This document shows positions 29,108 through 38,154 of a stretch of DNA of 59,098 nt, one piece after another (the first letter of the stretch is position 1; every line of letters starts with the position of its first letter). The DNA is taken from IMG/VR virus record IMGVR_UViG_3300050011_000298, positions 1 through 59,098 of that record; one strand, 5' to 3'. Source of the stretch: a virus. Its lineage: Duplodnaviria > Caudoviricetes. Made by a program: the position numbers and the translations under genes. The notes under the pieces are model-generated. The model did not search any database. It was not told the origin of the DNA and saw only the letters and a program-made list of their open reading frames with translations.

Positions 29108-30025
29108 ATGAGCCGCTCAACGATCAGCGCTTTCAAACTCTTTGAGTTGTTCCCTGACGAGCCTTCCGCCCGCAAGTATCTGGAAGGTCGCCTCTGGCCG
29201 AATGGCGTTACCTGTCCTGAATGCAAGTCCAAAGAGCGGATCACGACGCGCAAGGACGGATTCTATCGCTGCAATGCCTGCAAACTGGACTTTACAGTGC
29301 GAACCAAGACTATCTTTGAACGGTCGCATGTTCCCCTGCATAAGTGGCTCTATGCCATGTATCTGCTCGTTACGGCCCGCAAGGGCATCTCTAGCCTGCA
29401 ACTGGGCAAAGAGATAGGTATCACTCAGAAGTCTGCTTGGTTCGTCCTACACAGGCTCCGTGAGGCTTGCGGAACCAAACTGGAGTTGCTTCAAGGTACC
29501 GTAGAAGTAGATGAGACATTCTTTGGTGGCGAAGAAAACAATCGGCATATGTACGACCGCATCCACAAACCGCGAGAGCGCACCGAAAAGACTATCGTAG
29601 TCGGGATGCGCCAACGCGGAGGGAACACCGTCGCCAAGATCGTGCCTAGCACTGGCGGACTGGCCCTTCGCGGTGCGATCCATGAGAATGTCGCACCCGG
29701 TTCCCGTATCTTGTCCGATGACTACGGCAGTTATACCGCCCTTCCGAAAGAGGGATTCCAGCACGATTCAGTAAAGCATGTTGCCGGGGAATACGTTCGC
29801 GGCGACGTTCACACGAACGGGATTGAATCCGTTTGGGCAGTAATGAAGCGCGGGATGCATGGCGTCTACCACCATGCCGATAAGAAGCACATGGGCCGGT
29901 ACGTGAATGAGTTTACATTCCGACTGAATCAAGGCAACGTGGCTCGGCACACAACAGAGCGGCTGGACAGTTTCGTGGACGCCATAGCAGGCAAGCGTTT
30001 GACCTTCGAGGCATTAACCCGATGA
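29108..30025 (+). CDS. IS1595-family DDE transposase
   Basis: Zn ribbon CPEC..CNAC; VEVDETF, SDD..SY, HTNGIESVW, YVNEF.FR.N. Confidence 0.95.
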   Translation: MSRSTISAFKLFELFPDEPSARKYLEGRLWPNGVTCPECKSKERITTRKDGFYRCNACKLDFTVRTKTIFERSHVPLHKWLYAMYLLVTARKGISSLQLGKEIGITQKSAWFVLHRLREACGTKLELLQGTVEVDETFFGGEENNRHMYDRIHKPRERTEKTIVVGMRQRGGNTVAKIVPSTGGLALRGAIHENVAPGSRILSDDYGSYTALPKEGFQHDSVKHVAGEYVRGDVHTNGIESVWAVMKRGMHGVYHHADKKHMGRYVNEFTFRLNQGNVARHTTERLDSFVDAIAGKRLTFEALTR

Positions 30026-30234
30026 AAATCTTAGACCAGATCACTGATGTCGTGCTCGCCTATCGCCCGAAAATAAAGACAAAGGCTGCAAAGCGTAGAG
30101 CGCGAAGGAACAAGCGTGCGTCGAAGGTTCAGGACAAGCCTAAATCAAGGGAGTGAACTATATAATTCCCAAATTTTTTCCTTGACTTCCTGCGGGTCCC
30201 ATCCTATACTGTTTTCAAGGAGATAGAAATAACC

Positions 30235-30645
30235 ATGGCTCGTCAACCTAACAGTTTACTCGGTCATCTCCGCAAATGGCGTAAGGGTGCCGCTGAGCGA
30301 GAGATGAAGGCGAAACTACGCCGCCCTCGTCGGGGTATGACTTCCGAAGAGTTTCAGGCGCGCTACGACGCTCAGCACGGTCTTTGTTTAATCGGCGGAC
30401 ATAAGATGGACCCTATCGGCGCAAAGCACACTGGCAATACTCCATGCCTTGACCACAGCCATAAGACCGGGCTTGACCGAGGTATAATTTGCGGCAATCA
30501 CAATACCGCTCTAGGGATGTTCAATGACTCACCCGAAGACTTGCAGGCAGCCATCATATATCTGAGCCACTATCCGAACACACGCAAGGGTCGGCTTGCC
30601 CACCACCGCATCGTCCAGTATACGCTTCCTGGGATGCTTCGGTAA
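30235..30645 (+). CDS. Endonuclease VII-family homing endonuclease
   Basis: Q.GLC.I...DHSHKTG..RGIIC..HN.ALGMF.D; TTGACT-17-TATACT promoter at 30182-30210. Confidence 0.88.
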   Translation: MARQPNSLLGHLRKWRKGAAEREMKAKLRRPRRGMTSEEFQARYDAQHGLCLIGGHKMDPIGAKHTGNTPCLDHSHKTGLDRGIICGNHNTALGMFNDSPEDLQAAIIYLSHYPNTRKGRLAHHRIVQYTLPGMLR

Positions 30646-30869
30646 GAATCAGCTTGACAAAAGGTAGGGTGTTTGATACATTTACCTACGAATAGTAAAA
30701 CCCCAAGGCGGTCTATATGCGGGATACAGTAGGGTTAATCAGTGTCGGCTTTATTCTTTTCGGTGCCGCGATAGATAGCACCTGGCTGATGGCGTTCGGG
30801 ATCGTCCTGATGGTCTGGGCTATCGGTCTCAAGAAGTAAAATCTCAGAACTGGAAATGGGGGACGACCT

Positions 30870-31193
30870 ATGAGCAAAAAGACGGCAGTGATTAGCGGCA
30901 GTACAGCAGCCCTAGCGTTGTTGGCACTAGCAGGGTTCAGTGACTTGGATGGAATGACGAACGGGATGCCTGACTGGCGACCGCCCGAGCCTGAAGCAGA
31001 CCCCATCTACGAGGCTGCAGTCACGGTTCGAACGGTAGCCGTCGCGGACCTTCGCAAAGCAAAGCGTACCCGCAAGCGTCTCGAAGCCTTGTGCGCGGGC
31101 GGTTGGCAGATTGAGTTTGAACCTCGGAAGCATTTCGGATTGCAGGACAGCACGCGCCCCGAACGGCGCCGCGTCAAACTTGGGCGGGCATAA
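30870..31193 (+). CDS. Hypothetical protein
   Basis: ORF track; GGGGA RBS. Confidence 0.45.
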   Translation: MSKKTAVISGSTAALALLALAGFSDLDGMTNGMPDWRPPEPEADPIYEAAVTVRTVAVADLRKAKRTRKRLEALCAGGWQIEFEPRKHFGLQDSTRPERRRVKLGRA

Positions 31194-31597
31194 TGTTACG
31201 CGCTCTTTGGGCGGTTGATTTGATGGGCGCCATCGCTGTGATGATCGAATCGTCCATCTACCCCAACAAATTTCTTTGTGTGGTTGGTTGTATTATTTCC
31301 TTGACATGTGTCCTGACATTAGGTAGACTCAGGATCGAATAGGAGCCTTATGAACCTTGAGCGCGCAGTCTACCGAGACGAAACCGCCAGATGGTATCAG
31401 GCAGGGTTCGAGTTCAAAACCCCAGGCGTCGTCGCCAGCAGCTATCCCGAAGCGTTCCAATTGTTGTACGGGCATTCGATGCCCATCCCGCCGCCAGTCC
31501 GCGCCACCCGCCGCCCCGATATCTCTTGACAGATGATAAGAAATGCTGTAGCATAGTTTTTGTATCAGGTTGTAGAGACTAAAATTCAAACTAAGGA

Positions 31598-32116
31598 ATG
31601 CACATGAAAATCAAAGGAATGTTTTTGCTGTCAATTTTTTCGCTCCTGGCTTTCGTTGGCATCGCCAGCGCGCGCCCGACCAATCTGAGCACGCCGTACT
31701 CGAACTCCGAGTTCTCGGCGAGGTTCAACGGTTCGGTGACGCTGAACCCCAAGACGCAAGACAAGAGCACGGAAGTCATCTATGAGTCGAACGACGGCCA
31801 GGTTTATCAAGGCGTTGTCGTACGGCATGTGAGTTACGACTTGGCGGTGACCCCAGCCAATGCGGACTGGTATGCGGACAACGACTCAATGCCTACAGGC
31901 GATGTTACGTCGAATCGCTCCAGCGGAACGTACCAGGGCCGCTTCTACACTTACCTCTACCACACCTATACGTTCGAAGGTGTCGAATACACGAAACGGG
32001 TTCGCAACATCGTTGTGAACGCCCGCGAAGTTATTTTCATTTGGCAGATCGGGCCGACTGACCTGAACGACCGCGATCAATGGGTCGCGTTTGAGGACAC
32101 ACTGAATATTCAGTAG
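31598..32116 (+). CDS. Secreted protein (PsbP/DcrB-like pattern)
   Basis: Signal peptide; FSARF..., W.AF.DTL C-terminus. Confidence 0.55.
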   Translation: MHMKIKGMFLLSIFSLLAFVGIASARPTNLSTPYSNSEFSARFNGSVTLNPKTQDKSTEVIYESNDGQVYQGVVVRHVSYDLAVTPANADWYADNDSMPTGDVTSNRSSGTYQGRFYTYLYHTYTFEGVEYTKRVRNIVVNAREVIFIWQIGPTDLNDRDQWVAFEDTLNIQ

Positions 32117-32197
32117 TGCGTCAGTCGAGCGCCTGGGGGTTTAGTTCCTCGGGCGCCCTATCAGACGCACACAGTGCTGAAGACTTATTACAGAAGT

Positions 32198-32217
32198 TGA
32201 CTTTCCATTTCATAAGT
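32198..32217 (+). promoter_or_regulatory. Putative late promoter (copy 5)
   Basis: TGACT ttccattt CATAAGT. Confidence 0.75.
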
Positions 32218-32776
32218 AGAGAGCCCTCGACAGGGTTTTCTGGAGCAAGCAATGAGCGTCCTGACCCTCAACATCAAAAGCATGTTGGATTATATCTGCG
32301 GCAATCGCTCCAGCATGAGCGACCTACTGCGTGCAGATGTCCTGCCTGAGAACACCACCCACACATGGACAGGCGCAGGTTGCCTTAACCCTGTAGAGTT
32401 AGCTCTGAAAGCGCGAGCGGAGAAGCCGCTGAAGAAATGAGCAACGCACTCCAGTGGCGGGGTCCGCTGTGTTTGAGCAAGCGGTTTGATTCGGACGCCG
32501 TCGTGACGAATCTTGAGGTGGAGTTTTCAGGCAGGCAAGTGTACTGGGAGAAACAAGTTCTGATTGACGCCATCGAACCGTGGCTGGAAAGTGTCGAGGA
32601 GAAATCATGCGGCAACCTACAATGTCCGTGTTCGTCGCGGGGATAGAATACAACGTCCGTGAATGCGGCGAAATCCTGAAGGCCGACATGGACGGATACT
32701 ACGGGTGGACTTCGGTTTGGGCGCCTGATGTCGATGGAATCAAACGACGCATCAAGCAAGTCAGGAGTGGCGGACA

Positions 32777-33109
32777 ATGAAAATCACAAAGTACGGTATC
32801 GTGGTGCTAACTGAAACCCAAGGGATAAAGATCGAGAACTGGCATGTCGAGCGCGAAGACTCCGACCCTTCGGATGCGAGCGATGAACAGATGCTGCTGG
32901 AGACCGTCATCCCATGGGCGCAGCGGAAACTGAACGATGCGATTCTGCAGAGCCTCAAACGCATCGCGCGCGAGAAGAAGATCGCACAGAACCCGACAAG
33001 CACCGCGCCGCTAATCTGCCCAAAGCATCATGAGCAGATGGTGTTACGGGTGAATGCAAAGTTGCTGTGGGAATGGGGATGCCGCTCGTGCGCGGCAGAA
33101 AGCAATTGA
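32777..33109 (+). CDS. Hypothetical protein with C-terminal zinc ribbon
   Basis: CPKH...WGCRSC. Confidence 0.55.
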   Translation: MKITKYGIVVLTETQGIKIENWHVEREDSDPSDASDEQMLLETVIPWAQRKLNDAILQSLKRIAREKKIAQNPTSTAPLICPKHHEQMVLRVNAKLLWEWGCRSCAAESN

Positions 33110-33391
33110 AATATTTTATTCGACTCAACCCAAAAGCGATCAACCCGCTGACGATGCGGGTGAATGCAAAGTTGCTGTGGGAAGTTGAGCAGGCCGAGCA
33201 CCTCGGCAGCAACGGACGGCTAGATAGTGAAGCGGTCCTCTGGCATTGCGCGGACGTTCGGATTGACGACATTCATGTCCGCGAGTTTTTTCAGTTACCA
33301 AAGCCAGGCGAGCCGCCATGGCAGATAGAACGGTTTGGAGTTTGTGTTCGAGCGCAGGATAACGCGATAGTGATTTTGACAGGACCATCAG

Positions 33392-33664
33392 ATGCTTCAG
33401 GAAACTAAATTACAGACCGTCGTGCAGCAGTTGATGACAGGCGACGTAGCGTCGACATTTTTCAACGTGTTTCAAGGCCGATGCACGTTTGCGGCAATCT
33501 GTTTTTCGATTGCAGGCGTCTACGGTTGGCTGCACGGAAGAGACCTGACATCGTTTGCTTTGTTTGTAACTGCGGTGCAGGGCTTGCTGGTTCTCCATTC
33601 TTGGAAAGAGGATGTCGCGGAACAGCGAGATGTACGACACGATAAAGAAGGAGCACAAAAATGA
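33392..33664 (+). CDS. Small two-TM membrane protein (holin-like)
   Basis: Two hydrophobic helices and a charged C-terminus. Confidence 0.5.
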   Translation: MLQETKLQTVVQQLMTGDVASTFFNVFQGRCTFAAICFSIAGVYGWLHGRDLTSFALFVTAVQGLLVLHSWKEDVAEQRDVRHDKEGAQK

Positions 33665-34629
33665 AACGGTTTCTGATCGCTGCACTGCTTTTTCTTTTGA
33701 CTGGTCTCTCGGTCTCCGCGAACGCTATGAAAGCCCCCCAAGGCTTCCCAGGCAAGCTGTGGACGAGTACGCTTGCGCTGTACGGAACACACAACTTGAA
33801 AACGCAGTTCCTTTGCACCGCCGAGCCGATTGAGAAGATCGCAGGTGGATATCGTTTGCTGAGCGCAGGTCACTGCGTCCAAGATACGCCCGCCGACATG
33901 AAGTTTTCCGTCGCCGAAGAAATCGGCGGGACGCTCTATCCAGTCCAGATGGTTAAAGCGTACGACGGCGACGGTCTCGATTTCTCTATCTTTGATTTGC
34001 AAACGACAAAAAGTTACACGCTGTTTGAACTAGGCGACGAACGTGATTCGCGCGTCGGAGATGGGACCGTTAATCCACACTTTGCGCTCGGTCTCACCAA
34101 GCAACTCAGCTTTGGCGTCATATCATCTATGATGATTTTGAAGTCCGAAGATTGTGACGATGATGGGTGCGTCGGAAAATTTTTGGTCCAAGAGTCCGCA
34201 GGCATGGGCGGGTCGGGGTCTGCGGTCCTGTCAAGCAAGTCCCATAAGGTGATTGGTCTACTGGTCTATGAATTCCGCCAAGGGAATGTCGGGTTTGCTG
34301 TCGAGCCTATTTCGCTATTTGCGAAGTTCATGGCAGGACCCGCGCAACCGCATCCAGGTACGAAGGCGGTATCGGCACAGATTCCAGATGACGTATTCAC
34401 GGCGCAGTTCGGGGAATCGCATTCCTTTACGCTGACGGTCCACGGCGCCAGCCCGAAGTTCATTCAGGCAGGGTATCAATTTCAAGCCAACACCGACGGG
34501 TTTGAATTGTCGGACGACTATTACTACAACGTACCTGTATACATCACCCACGATGCCGAAGGCTATTGGTTGACGAGCACCAAAGACGGGTTCTCGGTTG
34601 ACGTGACCGTTCTGGGGCCAGTGACATGA
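33661..34629 (+). CDS. Secreted trypsin-like serine protease
   Basis: Signal peptide; LSAGHC (His), DFSI (Asp), GMGGSGSAV (Ser). Confidence 0.85.
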   Translation: MKRFLIAALLFLLTGLSVSANAMKAPQGFPGKLWTSTLALYGTHNLKTQFLCTAEPIEKIAGGYRLLSAGHCVQDTPADMKFSVAEEIGGTLYPVQMVKAYDGDGLDFSIFDLQTTKSYTLFELGDERDSRVGDGTVNPHFALGLTKQLSFGVISSMMILKSEDCDDDGCVGKFLVQESAGMGGSGSAVLSSKSHKVIGLLVYEFRQGNVGFAVEPISLFAKFMAGPAQPHPGTKAVSAQIPDDVFTAQFGESHSFTLTVHGASPKFIQAGYQFQANTDGFELSDDYYYNVPVYITHDAEGYWLTSTKDGFSVDVTVLGPVT

Positions 34630-34924
34630 CTCTCTACGATAAGAATCAAACACTTCTTCCTCCTGCTGGATATCTGTTTACTCGGCTGCGTGCGGAGGGT
34701 TCGTTTCTTCGTGTTGAGTATCGGCGTATCGATTCTGAGAATGTTTCGGTCGTAACGATTTATTTGAACGATATGGGACGAGAAGTCGTCAGGTCGGTGG
34801 ACGAAGAGGATTTGGACTTGGAGATTTTTCCTGAGCCCCAGTTTCTTACCAAGAAACATTTGACTCGGTGGAGTCGCTTCAAGTTGTGGTTGTCGCTTTC
34901 AATCTACGGTATACGGGAGACGAT

Positions 34925-35230
34925 ATGTCGAAACTGATAATCAGTCAGAAGATGGAAATGACCTGCGAAGCCTGCGGGGAAAAGAAAGAATGGGAACTCG
35001 TCGGCGCCGACAACAACCCCGCAATCCTGCAGGAGATGCAGGCATGGTTTATAGTCGGACGGAAGATCGTAGACCCACGGACAGGACAACTCACCCAACT
35101 CGGGGGCGATGCGTGCAGCATACCGTGCGTAGCCGTCTTGGCTGTCAAGCTGGCCGTCCCGCCAGAAGAGCCTGCGGAGACCATCGACCTGGCGTCCCTC
35201 CGCGTGTCGAATCTCACGCAACCGAGTTAA
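34925..35230 (+). CDS. Hypothetical zinc-binding protein
   Basis: GGAG RBS; CEAC...CSIPC. Confidence 0.55.
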   Translation: MSKLIISQKMEMTCEACGEKKEWELVGADNNPAILQEMQAWFIVGRKIVDPRTGQLTQLGGDACSIPCVAVLAVKLAVPPEEPAETIDLASLRVSNLTQPS

Positions 35231-35295
35231 GAATTGACGCGCGGGCCCAGATAAGGTAGAATGAAAAAGAAACTTCTATTTGAGCGGAGACCAGT

Positions 35296-36882
35296 ATGTC
35301 AAAGATAGTAAAGCATGGAGCAGATGCACGAGATGCGATTTTGCGCGGTGTGAATTTTCTCGCGGACGCGGTTTGTTTAACGGAAGGTCCGAGAGGCAGG
35401 ACCGCAATTCTCGGGCAACGTGCGTTAGGACAAACTCCTAGAGTGTCAAGGGATGGGGTGTCTGTTTGCAACTATGTGGATTGCGCCGACCCAACAGAGC
35501 AGATGGGGTCTGACCTTGTTCGCGAAGCCAGCCAGAAAACGGATAATATTGTCGGAGACGGCTCCACCGCCACCGTCACTCTCGCTCGCGCAATGATTCA
35601 ATCTGGTTTTGACTTCATCAAGAACGGTGCAAACCCTATAGCCCTAGAGCGCGGGCTGCAGAAAGCAGCACAAGCAATCATCCGCCGCGTGCAAGAAACT
35701 GCGGTGATATGCGAGGGTGAAAAAATTTTTCAAGTGGCGACGGTTGCGGCCCACGGGGATGCGGAGATAGGCCGCCTTGTATCCGACGCGGTTCAGAAAG
35801 CTGGGCCAAACGGTATTGTAACCGCCGAACCATCTTCCACATCTGAAACTTATGTCGAGACAGTAGCTGGAATTGAGTTGTTGAAGTCGAATCTTTTGCA
35901 CGGCGTTTTTATCACGCACCCTGAAACAATGTCGGCTGAACTGGCCGACTGTCGCATCTTGTTATGGGAGGGTGTGATTGCCACGGCGAAGTCACTCGTG
36001 CCGATTTTGAAACAAGTCGCAGAGACAGGCACCCCGCTGATTATCGTTGCGGGCGGCTATGAACAGGAAGCCTTATCGGTGCTCATCAACAACAAGGCGA
36101 AACTTGCCTTGCCGCTGATTGCCGTTCGGATGGAGGCATACGGAGAGCGCAAAAAAGAAGTTATGAGAGACATCGCCGCGTTGACAGGCGGTATAGCTTA
36201 CACCGAAGACATGGGGATGAAGATTGAAAGTATCGTCGTGAATAAACTTGGCTCTGCGCGCAAGGTCATCACGAATATGTCCAAGACCCAGATTATCGAT
36301 GGTAAAGGCAATCAAGCAGAAGTGGCTGGGCGCGTGGCGCATATTCAACAATGCATCGAGGCTGCCGCCCCTGCAGAGCGTAATCCCCTGCGCCAGCGTC
36401 TTGCGGCGCTACTCGGAGGCATTACCGTAATTAAAGTGGGCGACGTAACTCTCACGGCCATGGAAGAAAAGAAAGACCGCGTTGTTGATGCAATGTCTGC
36501 GGCGAAAGCTGCGGTCGAATCTGGAATCGTTCCTGGTGGGGGCACCGCATTAATGCAGGCGTCCACCATCCTCTTGGGGTTGCGTTTTTCAGATGCCGAG
36601 ATGCGCGGGGTAGATGTAGTGCATATCGCATGTCGGGCCGTAGCGAGACAAATTGCCGAGAACGCAGGAATCAGCGGCGACCTTATTGTGGCTCAACTGA
36701 TGGCAACACCAGACCTGGGATATAATGCGGCGTCCGAAGTATTTGAAAATCTCGTTGACGCGGGGATTGTCGACCCTGCACAGGTTGTGATTGAGGCTCT
36801 ACGAAACGCTGCCTCTGTCGCAGGAAGTTTCATCACTATGGGATGCACTGTCGCAGAGGTTCAGGAGAAGCCCAATGTCTAA
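35296..36882 (+). CDS. groEL: Phage-encoded chaperonin GroEL
   Basis: GPRGR, SRDGVSV, GDGSTAT, EKKDRVVDA, GIVPGGG, GIVDP. Confidence 0.97.
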   Translation: MSKIVKHGADARDAILRGVNFLADAVCLTEGPRGRTAILGQRALGQTPRVSRDGVSVCNYVDCADPTEQMGSDLVREASQKTDNIVGDGSTATVTLARAMIQSGFDFIKNGANPIALERGLQKAAQAIIRRVQETAVICEGEKIFQVATVAAHGDAEIGRLVSDAVQKAGPNGIVTAEPSSTSETYVETVAGIELLKSNLLHGVFITHPETMSAELADCRILLWEGVIATAKSLVPILKQVAETGTPLIIVAGGYEQEALSVLINNKAKLALPLIAVRMEAYGERKKEVMRDIAALTGGIAYTEDMGMKIESIVVNKLGSARKVITNMSKTQIIDGKGNQAEVAGRVAHIQQCIEAAAPAERNPLRQRLAALLGGITVIKVGDVTLTAMEEKKDRVVDAMSAAKAAVESGIVPGGGTALMQASTILLGLRFSDAEMRGVDVVHIACRAVARQIAENAGISGDLIVAQLMATPDLGYNAASEVFENLVDAGIVDPAQVVIEALRNAASVAGSFITMGCTVAEVQEKPNV

Positions 36883-37153
36883 AAATTATATCGAGCCAGC
36901 AACAGACCACGTACTTGTCATCGACGCGCCGCACGACACGACCATCGACGGCATTTCTCTGCCCGACAATGTCAAGCAGCAAGAGATGGTTTTCGGGACC
37001 GTCGTATGTGCAGGACCTAATGCGCACAAGACTAAACCCAGAGATAACGTCGGGTACGGACCATACGCTGGAAAGAATGTTGTGATGGAAGGGCTGGAGT
37101 ATCGGCTCATCCGCGAAGGGCAGATTGAGTTCTACATCAGAAAGAGTAACTAA
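36875..37153 (+). CDS. groES: Co-chaperonin GroES
   Basis: IEP..DHVLV...GI.LPD.......GTVV.AGP....Y.G..V...G.EY.LIRE. Confidence 0.92.
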   Translation: MSKNYIEPATDHVLVIDAPHDTTIDGISLPDNVKQQEMVFGTVVCAGPNAHKTKPRDNVGYGPYAGKNVVMEGLEYRLIREGQIEFYIRKSN

Positions 37154-37659
37154 TGAGCAACAACAAACGTCTGACACTCGAAGAAGTTAAAGACACGCAG
37201 GAGTACAGCATCCTGACTGGTAAGCAGCAACTGTTCGCGGAAACATATATTGCGAGCGGCATCGGTACAGGGACGTACGATCCTATCGCCGCCACGCTGA
37301 TGGCGTACACGTGCAAGTCGAAGGAGAACGCGCGTGTCATGAGCTACTCGCTGATGGCGAACATCCGTATCGTCGCCGTCTTGAATCGGCACTTCAACCG
37401 CGAACCGCTCGAAGCATTTTTGATTCAGGTCGACCGCGCAATTCAAAACAAGAAGCTGAGCGTTGCGCAAATGAACGCCTTGAAGTTGAAGGCCGACATC
37501 CTTGGGTACGGCGCACGACTTCCTGGTACGGACAGGAATGCGACGGACGCCATTCCGCCAGATGTCCTCGCGGCATCCAAGGCCGCAAAGAAAGCTGCCC
37601 GTAAGAAACCCGTGCGCGCCCCGCGCCCTGAACCCGCCGACGTGTTCTTCGACCGATAG
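37153..37659 (+). CDS. terS: Terminase small subunit
   Basis: LTGKQQLFAETY...AT..AY.....A....LM.N..I. Confidence 0.75.
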   Translation: MSNNKRLTLEEVKDTQEYSILTGKQQLFAETYIASGIGTGTYDPIAATLMAYTCKSKENARVMSYSLMANIRIVAVLNRHFNREPLEAFLIQVDRAIQNKKLSVAQMNALKLKADILGYGARLPGTDRNATDAIPPDVLAASKAAKKAARKKPVRAPRPEPADVFFDR

Positions 37660-37665
37660 CATTTA

Positions 37666-37685
37666 AGACTTTCAATTCCATAAGT
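37666..37685 (+). promoter_or_regulatory. Putative late promoter (copy 6)
   Basis: AGACT ttcaattc CATAAGT. Confidence 0.8.
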
Positions 37686-37687
37686 AG

Positions 37688-38008
37688 GTGGACACCTTTT
37701 TGATTTCGGGCACCGAGACCCTCGGACAGCCTCGCATGGGCTCTATCCTTGACGAGACGGGTACGCCTGCGTCTGGATACGATACCAAAGGCCCCTATTC
37801 TTGTGAGTGTTGCGTCCACAAGACAGCGATGGACGAGCCCTTCTGCATTCATCCCAAGGTCGTCGGCGATGAACGCCTACAAGACCTCCTGGTGCATATC
37901 AACGGACGGCCTGCGGTGAAGATCGATATGGAGCACGGCTGTTGCAGGTTTGTTTCCCAAGCGCGCCCTGAATGCGACGAGGATGATGACCATGGCAAAG
38001 ATGAGTAA
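37688..38008 (+). CDS. Cys-rich hypothetical protein
   Basis: CECCVH...FCIHP...GCCRF; true start may be the internal ATG. Confidence 0.55.
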   Translation: MDTFLISGTETLGQPRMGSILDETGTPASGYDTKGPYSCECCVHKTAMDEPFCIHPKVVGDERLQDLLVHINGRPAVKIDMEHGCCRFVSQARPECDEDDDHGKDE

Positions 38009-38153
38009 GGACGCCGCGTTTCACGAAGTGTTCCACAACAAACCGAGTACGGTCGACACCAGCAAGTCCGCCAAGGGTCAACAGAAGCAGATGATCGCAA
38101 TCGCATTAAGCAAGGCAGGAATGTCGAAGCCAGGGAAGAACGTGAAGAAATAA
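38001..38153 (+). CDS. Small basic protein (Q.IAIALSKAG motif)
   Basis: Overlaps the upstream stop; motif common in small phage late proteins. Confidence 0.55.
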   Translation: MSKDAAFHEVFHNKPSTVDTSKSAKGQQKQMIAIALSKAGMSKPGKNVKK

Positions 38154-38154
38154 T

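Larger units (their letters stand above)
28532..30170 (+). mobile_element. IS1595-family element with passenger genes
   Basis: 22-bp TIRs GGGAATTATATAGATAACTCCC (28532-53) and GGGAGTGAACTATATAATTCCC (30149-70), 20/22 match; 8-bp TSD AAATTTTT on both sides. Confidence 0.95.

Noticed and set aside
31385-31430. GGGTTCGAGTTC as a tRNA T-arm
   Set aside because: No cloverleaf forms, and it lies inside a small ORF with an AGGAG RBS starting at 31350
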